Shown here: positions 57,556 through 64,000 of the stretch, one piece after another
Position numbering within the stretch: the stretch's first letter is position 1
Layout: each line of letters begins with the position of its first letter
Assembly (NCBI GenBank): GCA_965368335.1
Contig: CBDUMN010000003.1
Span: 1,586-65,585 of the forward strand
DNA from: an uncultured Rhodospirillales bacterium
GTDB taxonomy: Bacteria > Pseudomonadota > Alphaproteobacteria > Rhodospirillales > JAPHRK01
Direction of reading: 5' to 3'
DNA: 64,000 nucleotides
The notes under the pieces: model-generated
What the model saw: the letters and a program-made list of their open reading frames with translations, nothing else
Database searches by the model: none
Told to the model about the DNA's origin: nothing
Translations under genes and position numbers: made by a program

Positions 57556-59490
57556 TCAGCAAACGTCTTTCCACAATCGCTCAAGAACCGTCTCCATATC
57601 AATGCAACGGGCCTTGAAATCAAACAACGGTGCTTTAGAGATTTTTTCAGCAGCATCCTGCTTGAAAGCTGCGCGCCCAGCCTCATCTTTAATCCATCGC
57701 TCAACTAAGGCTAAGTAATCTTTCCGGCTGGTCGCCACGCAACTTTCCGACATCCCCATTTGCGTCAGAACTTCCGCACTTACCTTATCCGCCGTGCGGC
57801 TACCTTTCATACAGATAGGAGGAACGCCAAAACCTGCACTTGTCACCACACTGAGATTTTGGTGACCGCTTGTAGGTACTAGCAGCAAGTCAATCTGAGA
57901 ATAAAACTCTGACTGCGTCGCGCTTTGAATAATGTCGATCCGGTGTGAAACACCAAAATTTCCAAATAAATCTAGGACTTTGCCCGCATTCTTCGCATTT
58001 TGGAAATCGTAATCCTGCATCAGCAAGGTTGCGCTAGGGTATTTTCTGAGAAGCTCCGCCCACAGTCCAACAGAATCTGGCGTCAACTCACACAGCTCGG
58101 CATCGACGCCAAACGTCAGAAGGTCACTCGTCCGCTCAAGAACAGAACGATCGTCGGGCTTAGGCACTTCCACCAGCATGTTTCCATGCTCAAGCAACAC
58201 GATCTTTTCTGCTAAAATACTCTTGTTTTCAGGAACCATCTCGCCCCCCAACATGAGAGCATCCATGTTCTTGAGCCCCGTTCCATAAGGCGTTCCATGG
58301 AGTGAAACTTGGAGAGGCGCCATACGGGCGCCGAATGCCCGCAACAACTGAGGATCATTAAACCCAACGGTATTGATAAAAATATCGACCCCTTCCGCCA
58401 AGCAAATGGCCGCCAAAGTCACCGGGTCCATTTCTCGAACATCGTGCCAGATATCAAATGCTTTTTGGTAATGGACATTTGATGCGTCACTTAAAGCCCC
58501 AAAACCGAAGCCAACCGTCCGGAAACGGGCGGCATTTCGGTGAGCGAGAATATTTGCAAGCGCTTTCCCCTCACTGCGACGGGATAGAGAGCCCAGCAGA
58601 TAGCCAGCGGTCAAAATCGGTTTGTCGGTTGCCTGCCCCTCATCAAAGCCTTGGTCTTCTTCGCCGAACCGAGCACCCCATTGAGCAGCCAGCTCACAAA
58701 GGGCTTCTTCCGTTGATTCTGGCGATAAGGCTAAATCTGAAATTGCTTTTGCAAAGTATTCAGAATTCTCGCTATCAAGATGCATCGCCCATTTGTGGAC
58801 GGACTGGCTTTGGCCATACTCACCAATGAGCGCGAGAAGAGATCCTAACATACTGGCGATATCAGGGTCTTCGGCTAGACGGTGCATTGCACCACGTAAA
58901 ATATCGACAGCTTCTTGGTAACGCCCCAATACCGTCAGGCAATTCACTAACCCAAGATAGGATTTCTTATCATCCTGCTTAAAATGAATACATTGCAAAA
59001 ACCAATGTATCGCCATCCCCCAGTCTTTAGACGAAACGGCCGCGACGGCACGAGTGAATAGTGGATTATCCTCAATATCGATAAAGGCGCTCGATAAGCT
59101 TGGAATCGATTGTGGCAAGATTTCCTTTAAGGCCGGAACGGAAGGAACCGAACTTGCTAATTTGGCATAAAACAGTGACTTGGTCAGTTCCCCTGCAAGG
59201 GCGTAAAGCACCGCCAAAAAATCGGCATATTCACTGACATTCGAATCCGCATTTAGCGCGGCTTCGCCAAGCGCCACGGCTTCAGCCCAGTCATCCTCAA
59301 GAAAGCGTCCAATTGCCAAAACATAGTACGCTTCAGCATAGATGGACGTTTCTTTTAAATCGGCTTGTTGCTCAAGAAAAGCAGCGCAGGCATTGCTAAT
59401 ATCAGACCAATTACCGTCCGCAACACCTTCGCCAACAATCGAAAGGAAACCCTCCCGCGTCGTAGCGGCATCAATAACCAAATTACTCAT
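57556..59490 (-). CDS. TPR-repeat / GT41-like glycosyltransferase (FlmG-like architecture)
   Basis: The N-terminal ~280 aa are TPR-like. The C-terminal half follows the GT41 layout (GVDIFINTVGFNDPQLLRAFGARMAPLQVSLHGTPYGTGLKNMDALMLG ... LLTFGVDAELCELT). It lies 7 bp downstream of flaF. Confidence 0.7.
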   Translation of the reverse strand: MSNLVIDAATTREGFLSIVGEGVADGNWSDISNACAAFLEQQADLKETSIYAEAYYVLAIGRFLEDDWAEAVALGEAALNADSNVSEYADFLAVLYALAGELTKSLFYAKLASSVPSVPALKEILPQSIPSLSSAFIDIEDNPLFTRAVAAVSSKDWGMAIHWFLQCIHFKQDDKKSYLGLVNCLTVLGRYQEAVDILRGAMHRLAEDPDIASMLGSLLALIGEYGQSQSVHKWAMHLDSENSEYFAKAISDLALSPESTEEALCELAAQWGARFGEEDQGFDEGQATDKPILTAGYLLGSLSRRSEGKALANILAHRNAARFRTVGFGFGALSDASNVHYQKAFDIWHDVREMDPVTLAAICLAEGVDIFINTVGFNDPQLLRAFGARMAPLQVSLHGTPYGTGLKNMDALMLGGEMVPENKSILAEKIVLLEHGNMLVEVPKPDDRSVLERTSDLLTFGVDAELCELTPDSVGLWAELLRKYPSATLLMQDYDFQNAKNAGKVLDLFGNFGVSHRIDIIQSATQSEFYSQIDLLLVPTSGHQNLSVVTSAGFGVPPICMKGSRTADKVSAEVLTQMGMSESCVATSRKDYLALVERWIKDEAGRAAFKQDAAEKISKAPLFDFKARCIDMETVLERLWKDVC

Positions 59491-59497
59491 CGAAACC

Positions 59498-59938
59498 TCA
59501 CGCGGTTATTTCACCATTGCCTAGCCCCTGGGGGACCTCCGCCTCTTCCTCTTTTTCTTTCTCTTTGGAAGAGCCGGGCAGCGGCGTCCTCAACCCAGCG
59601 GCCAACTCCCGGTTGATATTGATCAACACATCAAGCTTCTTATGATCCGGGTTCGCAATGAGATCCATGGAATATTTATCGATAAAATTCGCAAGAGAAA
59701 TGCCATTATTCCGGATATCATCCGGCAAGGGGCACTCTGGGCTGAGCAATTCCGCTTGCAGAATAGTCCAAAGCTGCCAATTAATGCGAACTGCAGCCAG
59801 AACAACCTCTGTCTCACCGCTTTCTTTCGCCGCTTTAAGCCGCAAGGCTGCTTGGGTTAATCCCCAGGCCTCAACCTCCCTCGGGTTCCCCGGAGCCGGG
59901 GGCGTCTCGTAGTTTTTCAGCAAGTTGTTCGTTGACAT
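59498..59938 (-). CDS. flaF: flagellar biosynthesis regulator FlaF
   Basis: LKNYETPPAPGNPREVEAWGLTQAALRL...NWQLWTILQAELLSPECPLPDDIRNNGISLANFI...LININRELAAGL matches the FlaF family pattern. Confidence 0.85.
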   Translation of the reverse strand: MSTNNLLKNYETPPAPGNPREVEAWGLTQAALRLKAAKESGETEVVLAAVRINWQLWTILQAELLSPECPLPDDIRNNGISLANFIDKYSMDLIANPDHKKLDVLININRELAAGLRTPLPGSSKEKEKEEEAEVPQGLGNGEITA

Positions 59939-60320
59939 GCATAAAAACCTTACTTTCGTGGGAAATAAGTCTCTGCGCTTTCTTCAAAGCCTTATAAAGT
60001 TCCCGTTTTTCAACCAGTCGCCATAACTCATCACCAATCGGCTGGGCGCTTGGTGCAGCCTTTAGGTAATCTGACAGGAATTCATTAAAGCGCCGTAAAT
60101 TGTCGGTGAATTCTGATGGGAAAAGGTAGAGACACTGCAAGGCGTAATAGGCCCGTGCGGCCGGGGTGACGGCGTCTTCCGGCGAAAGAACATCATTATC
60201 ACGCAATAGCGAGGCATCGTTCTTCAGAAGCAAGGATACATTACTGCTTCCGGTATTTTCGATAACCGCCCCGTTGATGATAATCTGCTGACCTTTTTTC
60301 AAATGAATTTTAAGCGGCAT
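59871..60320 (-). CDS. flbT: flagellin translational repressor FlbT
   Basis: MPLKIHLKKGQQIIINGAVIENTGSSNVSLLLKNDASLLRDNDVL...ARAYYALQCLYL is the conserved FlbT N-terminal pattern. Confidence 0.9.
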   Translation of the reverse strand: MPLKIHLKKGQQIIINGAVIENTGSSNVSLLLKNDASLLRDNDVLSPEDAVTPAARAYYALQCLYLFPSEFTDNLRRFNEFLSDYLKAAPSAQPIGDELWRLVEKRELYKALKKAQRLISHESKVFMHVNEQLAEKLRDAPGSGEPEGG

Positions 60321-60331
60321 GAACGACTTCC

Positions 60332-60371
60332 CCTAAAAAAATAACAGCCAGGGTAAAAAATACCCTGGCTG
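60332..60371 (-). terminator. strong Rho-independent terminator after the flagellin gene
   Basis: The minus strand reads CAGCCAGGGTA-TTTTT-TACCCTGGCTG (perfect 11-bp stem) followed by TTATTTTTTTAGG. Confidence 0.8.
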
Positions 60372-60393
60372 CCACTTTAAGAAAAGGAATGTC

Positions 60394-61311
60394 TTACCTG
60401 AACAGACCCAGGATCGACTGCTCGGCCTGACCTGCGAAGGACAGAGCCTGGATACCCAGCTGCTGCCTGGTCTGCAAAGCAAGAAGGTTCGCACCTTCTT
60501 CGTTAAGGTCGGCCACCGTCAGCTTGCCAGCACCGGTTTCGAGAGTGCCAATGTACTCTTCGGTAAAGTCGGCGCGGACCTGAAGAATGGCCACGTTGTT
60601 CGCCATCGTTGCCGCTTCAGCCTGAATGTTACTGATCGTTTCATCAAGACGAGTAACCGCCGTATCGGCCATAACGTTAAACGAAGCGAGAACTTCGGCG
60701 TCATCGAAATCAAATGTCGAAAGCAACGCCCCAAAACCGAGCGTACTCTGAACGATATCCTCCGTAACAGATGCGTTCGGTGCATTGAGCGCCGAACCGG
60801 CGGAATCCAAGAAGAAGGTCGAAGCATTGAAATCAACGCCATCCACATCCAGCTTAGAATCAGCCTTGTCGGAGAAGCGAACCGAAAGCTTCGAAGACGT
60901 GGAGTTCAAGAGGTTCAGACCCTGGTAAGTCGCATCGCTGACCAGCTTTTCGATCTGAACAGCCAGCTCTTTTAGCTGATCCGAGTACTCGGCGCGCTGA
61001 GCCGTGTCACCACTACGGGCACTGTCGATAATACCCTTCATCTGCTTGGCGAGATCTTCCAGCGCATCGGCCGCCTTCAAAGCGGTGTCGAGAGCGCTGA
61101 TACCTTGGTCGATCGCCGACTTACGGTCGGAAAGATCGGCCGCGCGGTCATTCAACGACTTAGCCTGGAAAAACTTCACCGCGTCATCAGACGGCGATGC
61201 AATTTCCAAGCCCGTCGACAGACGACCCTGCGTCCGGTCAATAAGACTTGTCGTATTTTGCAGAGAAAGTAGGTTTGAGCGTACTGCTGAGGATAGAGAT
61301 ACATCAGCCAT
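60394..61311 (-). CDS. flagellin (305 aa, alphaproteobacterial short type)
   Basis: N-terminus LSSAVRSNLLSLQNTTSLIDRTQGRLSTGLEIASPSDDAVKFFQAKSLNDRAADL and C-terminus NLLALQTRQQLGIQALSFAGQAEQSILGLFR. AAGGGAG RBS. Confidence 0.95.
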   Translation of the reverse strand: MADVSLSSAVRSNLLSLQNTTSLIDRTQGRLSTGLEIASPSDDAVKFFQAKSLNDRAADLSDRKSAIDQGISALDTALKAADALEDLAKQMKGIIDSARSGDTAQRAEYSDQLKELAVQIEKLVSDATYQGLNLLNSTSSKLSVRFSDKADSKLDVDGVDFNASTFFLDSAGSALNAPNASVTEDIVQSTLGFGALLSTFDFDDAEVLASFNVMADTAVTRLDETISNIQAEAATMANNVAILQVRADFTEEYIGTLETGAGKLTVADLNEEGANLLALQTRQQLGIQALSFAGQAEQSILGLFR

Positions 61312-61382
61312 TAGGAATTCTCCCTTTCTAGGTGAGACTGTACAGTTTGCGCTTTTCTAGCGCTTGCACACTGTATCATGCT

Positions 61383-61431
61383 GAAAATGAAAAATCCATT
61401 AACCTTATGGGCGTGGGGATATTTTCATTTC
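61383..61431. promoter_or_regulatory. imperfect inverted repeat upstream of flagellin
   Basis: GAAAATGAAAAATCC (61383-61397) and GGATATTTTCATTTC (61417-61431) form a ~15-bp imperfect inverted repeat with a 19-bp spacer, 72-120 bp upstream of the flagellin ATG. Confidence 0.25.
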
Positions 61432-61451
61432 CCGACTACGTTCCAGCGCCT

Positions 61452-62606
61452 CTAATCCAATGATAATATCTTGATAATCTTAGATATTTCACTCGACAAA
61501 AGAGTTGAAGACGAGGGCAGGCAAAGAGCTGATTTCTGAATTTTTTCAGCATTGTCTCCACCTAAAACAACCGAATCTTGATGCGCCGGACTTCTGTGAA
61601 GCGGTTGCCATAGGGGTCTTGTCTCAATCCCCTCTTGCCGCAGTTTTTCTGCAATTTCTATTCGAGAATTATTTTTGATGAGAACCGCAGAAAGCCAGTT
61701 GACGGCCTCTACATTTTTGGGAATCGGCATAAAGTTTAGAAAATCAACGGTTTTGCAGAATTCCGCATACTGCGCGGCAATGTCACGGCGGGCGGCAATA
61801 AATTGATCTATCCGCTCCATCTGGGCACAGCCCACCGCCGCCTGAATATTGGTCAGACGGTAATTGAACCCAATATCATCATGGATAGATTCAATGGGAT
61901 CGGCTTTCGCCTGGGTGGATAGGTGCGCAGCTTTTTCGAACCATTGGGTGTCGGGCGTAACGACCATCCCACCACCACCACTCGTCACGAGCTTATTACC
62001 GTTGAAACTGAAACAACCGATATCACCCAGCGTTCCCAGGAATCGACCTTCATATCGCGCTCCCAAACCTTCCGTCGCGTCCTCGATCAACGGAACGCCC
62101 AAGCTGCGCGTTACATCCAAAAGCGGCGGCAGGTTGACGGCGCTGCCAAGGATATGAACGGGGAGGACGGCGCCAATGCGTCGCCCCGTCTGTTTATTGA
62201 ACACGCCATCGGCACGCTTTTCACACCCGTTTTTTAGAAAATCGACAGCAAGCCCAACGTCCATCTGCCAATCATTCGGGTCGGCATCGACAAAAACCGG
62301 ATAGGCCCCAACATAGCGAATGGCATTGGCGGGCGCGATGAATGAAAGAGTGGAGACCAAAACCTCGTCACCGGGCCTAACGCCGGCCACGATCAATGCC
62401 AAATGCAGAGCCGCCGTGCCGGTCGCCGTAGCGACCGAGTGAGGCGCACCGACAAAATCAGCCACTATTTTTTCAAACCGACCGACAAAAGGTCCGGCGC
62501 TCGAAACCCAATTTGTGGAAATGCACTCAGCCAGATACGCCGCTTCATTACCCGATAGGTCTGGAGCGCTCAGCGGTATGAATGACTCTTTCGCGTCAGA
62601 TGGCAT
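61452..62606 (-). CDS. DegT-family aminotransferase, LegC-like
   Basis: IPLSAPDLSGNEAAYLAECISTNWVSSAGPFVGRFE and TGTAALHLALIVAGVRPGDEVLVSTLSFIAPANAI. Start ATG 62606 overlaps the upstream stop by 11 nt. The ORF also extends to an upstream ATG at 62651. Confidence 0.8.
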   Translation of the reverse strand: MPSDAKESFIPLSAPDLSGNEAAYLAECISTNWVSSAGPFVGRFEKIVADFVGAPHSVATATGTAALHLALIVAGVRPGDEVLVSTLSFIAPANAIRYVGAYPVFVDADPNDWQMDVGLAVDFLKNGCEKRADGVFNKQTGRRIGAVLPVHILGSAVNLPPLLDVTRSLGVPLIEDATEGLGARYEGRFLGTLGDIGCFSFNGNKLVTSGGGGMVVTPDTQWFEKAAHLSTQAKADPIESIHDDIGFNYRLTNIQAAVGCAQMERIDQFIAARRDIAAQYAEFCKTVDFLNFMPIPKNVEAVNWLSAVLIKNNSRIEIAEKLRQEGIETRPLWQPLHRSPAHQDSVVLGGDNAEKIQKSALCLPSSSTLLSSEISKIIKILSLD

Positions 62607-63579
62607 AGGTGTCCCGCCGGAAACGATCCCGGTTGGCCTCAATCCAGGCAATTGTTTTTTTCAACCCCTCCTCCAGAGCAACCTCCGGCTCCCAGCCGAT
62701 CACCTCTTTTGCCAAACGGTTATCAGAGAGCAGACGCTCAACCTCGCTAGCCGACGGGCGAACACGTTGCCGGTCTGTTTCGCTTGTCAGCTCCACCCCC
62801 ATCAACCTGCCAATCAAATCCCGAAGATCGCCAATACTGATCTCACGCCCCGTCCCGAGGTTGACCGTTCGGCCTTCGCACCCAACCGCTTCCCCTGCTT
62901 TTAAAAAGCCTCTGACCGTATCATCGACCAGCGTCAAATCACGGGTCGGTGAAAGACTTCCAAGCTTAACCACATTGCCATCCAGCGCCTGGGATATAAT
63001 CGTCGGAATGACAGCTCGAGCCGACTGGCGGGGGCCGTAGGTATTGAACGGTCGCACCGTAACCACAGGCGTTTCAAAGGCGCAATGGTAGGACTCGGCG
63101 ACCTTATCGGCTGCAATCTTGCTAGCCGAGTAAGGCGATTGCCCCTGTAAAGGATGATCCTCGTCAATCGGCACTCTTTTAGCCGTCCCATAAACTTCGC
63201 TGGTCGAAGTATGAACCACGCGCCGCGTCCCAAAATCACGCGCCGCCTGCAACAGGTTCATCGTTCCTTCTACATTGGTTCGGAGGTAAGAGCGCGGTGC
63301 ATGATAGGAATAAGGGATGGTAATGAGCGCCGCCAAATGGAACGCCGTATCAATCCCCTCCATGGCGCGCCGGACAGATTCCGGGTCGGCAATATCGCCG
63401 GGATAGATCTCCATCTCCTTGGCCAGCTTGCTGTCATCAAGCCAACCCCAGGTTCCTGCGCCATTGTAATGGACCATGGCCCGCACATCCGCGCCTTCTT
63501 CGGTCAACTTCTCGGCCAAATGGCTTCCAATGAATCCCCCCGCCCCGGTCACCAGAACTTTTTTGCCTTGCCATGTCAT
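62596..63579 (-). CDS. NAD-dependent sugar-nucleotide 4,6-dehydratase, LegB-like
   Basis: KKVLVTGAGGFIGSHLAEKL...VHYNGAGTWGWLDD...FHLAALITIPYSYHAPRSYLRTNVEGTMNLL follows the LegB-type pattern rather than PseB-type TGGTGSFG. ATG 63579 overlaps the upstream stop (ATGA). Confidence 0.8.
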   Translation of the reverse strand: MTWQGKKVLVTGAGGFIGSHLAEKLTEEGADVRAMVHYNGAGTWGWLDDSKLAKEMEIYPGDIADPESVRRAMEGIDTAFHLAALITIPYSYHAPRSYLRTNVEGTMNLLQAARDFGTRRVVHTSTSEVYGTAKRVPIDEDHPLQGQSPYSASKIAADKVAESYHCAFETPVVTVRPFNTYGPRQSARAVIPTIISQALDGNVVKLGSLSPTRDLTLVDDTVRGFLKAGEAVGCEGRTVNLGTGREISIGDLRDLIGRLMGVELTSETDRQRVRPSASEVERLLSDNRLAKEVIGWEPEVALEEGLKKTIAWIEANRDRFRRDTYAI

Positions 63580-64000
63580 TTTTTCAACTTCCCCTGCCCC
63601 GCATCGGCCTGAGCCTGAGCGTAATCGCCCAACTGCCCGATATCCATCCAATACTCATGAATGGGAAAGCTGCTCACCATCAAACCGTCAGTCATGATTT
63701 CATCGATGAGATCGGTCATATCGAGCCGCTGCCCTTTAGGTATCCGCTTCAAAACCTCCGGCTCCAGCAAATAGATCCCAGCATTGATAAAGAAAGAAAG
63801 GGACGGTTTTTCCGAAAGCTTTGAGACCCTGACACCATCAGCTTCAACCACCCCAAAGGGCACGGAGATATCATACTGACGAACCCCGACGGTCAGGTGA
63901 GAGGCATGCTCCCGATGAAAATCAAGCATCGCTCCAAAATCGACCGACGTCAGAATATCGCCATTGATAACCAGAACGGGTTCGTCGCGTGGCGGCAAAT
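63576..64000 (-). CDS. sugar-phosphate nucleotidyltransferase, C-terminal part (PtmE-like context), N-terminus beyond the window
   Basis: NTP_transferase pattern VLVINGDILTSVDFGAMLDFHREH...PFGVV...INAGIYLLEPEVL...EYWMDIGQLGDY. The frame is open to the window end. Confidence 0.8.
   Translation of the reverse strand, partial: LPPRDEPVLVINGDILTSVDFGAMLDFHREHASHLTVGVRQYDISVPFGVVEADGVRVSKLSEKPSLSFFINAGIYLLEPEVLKRIPKGQRLDMTDLIDEIMTDGLMVSSFPIHEYWMDIGQLGDYAQAQADAGQGKLKK

Noticed and set aside
61371-61410. Possible sigma28 promoter for flagellin (TAAT-N16-GCATGATA on the minus strand). A similar weak TAAA-N16-CGAGTTAA lies at 52420-52447 upstream of the flagellin-like orphan.
   Set aside because: Poor match to the GCCGATAA -10 core and non-canonical spacing. 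Too weak to call without TSS data.
1-64000. Scan for CRISPR arrays, tRNA/rRNA genes, transposases, integrases, phage or toxin-antitoxin modules.
   Set aside because: No periodic repeat-spacer pattern, no tRNA-like cloverleaf candidates in intergenic regions, and no ORF with transposase, integrase or toxin motifs were found by eye.

Overview
Chromosomal segment from an alphaproteobacterium, inferred from the lineage-typical flagellar regulators fliX, flbT and flaF. No rRNA, tRNA, CRISPR array, transposase or integrase was recognised. Layout: (i) 1-5.6 kb holds housekeeping and sensory genes: a 5'-truncated acyl-CoA dehydrogenase, a thioesterase, a SnoaL-like protein, a GAF histidine kinase, a periplasmic binding protein and dksA. 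(ii) 5.7-13.8 kb is a flagellar block. fliX is divergent from flgE-flgI-flgJ(rod-binding)-flgN-like-flgK-flgL. Textbook sigma54 -24/-12 promoters lie in front of flgE and flgI, and a CtrA-type box lies in the fliX/flgE divergent region. (iii) 13.7-15.8 kb encodes a soluble GAF-PAS histidine kinase with a C-terminal hemerythrin domain. (iv) 16-64 kb is a very large glycan-biosynthesis island embedded in the flagellar regulon. It ends at flagellin-flbT-flaF plus a legB/legC/nucleotidyltransferase set that runs off the window. The island contains a translationally coupled 16-gene plus-strand operon and a long run of mostly minus-strand genes. The plus-strand operon encodes an NDP-heptose-like pathway with its own split transketolase, a domain-inverted HldE-like enzyme, GmhA-like isomerase, HAD phosphatase, APH-like kinase, two DegT aminotransferases, three SDR enzymes, a DUF59-radical SAM fusion, a TPR-GT61 protein and a radical SAM/SPASM enzyme. 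The rest of the island encodes nonulosonic-acid (legionaminic-type) genes: a CBS-NeuB-SAF-TIM fusion, a NeuA-like CMP-transferase and a NeuD-like acetyltransferase. It also encodes heavy tailoring capacity: a B12-radical SAM enzyme, four methyltransferase-type proteins (three class-I SAM-dependent types plus one TylF-family O-methyltransferase) and a PhyH-like dioxygenase. It carries an unusual density of candidate protein glycosyltransferases: two tandem Maf paralogues, two TPR-GT41 (FlmG/OGT-like) proteins, a GT4, and two poorly characterised GT-like proteins. Finally it has a second orphan FlaF paralogue and an unannotatable protein whose termini look like a degenerate flagellin. The most interesting hypothesis is that this is an unusually complex, multi-sugar flagellin glycosylation system of a composition not described as such: heptose-type sugar plus decorated nonulosonate, three radical-SAM enzymes, and both Maf- and FlmG-type transferases. 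All functional calls rest on reading motifs in the translations by eye. No database search was possible.
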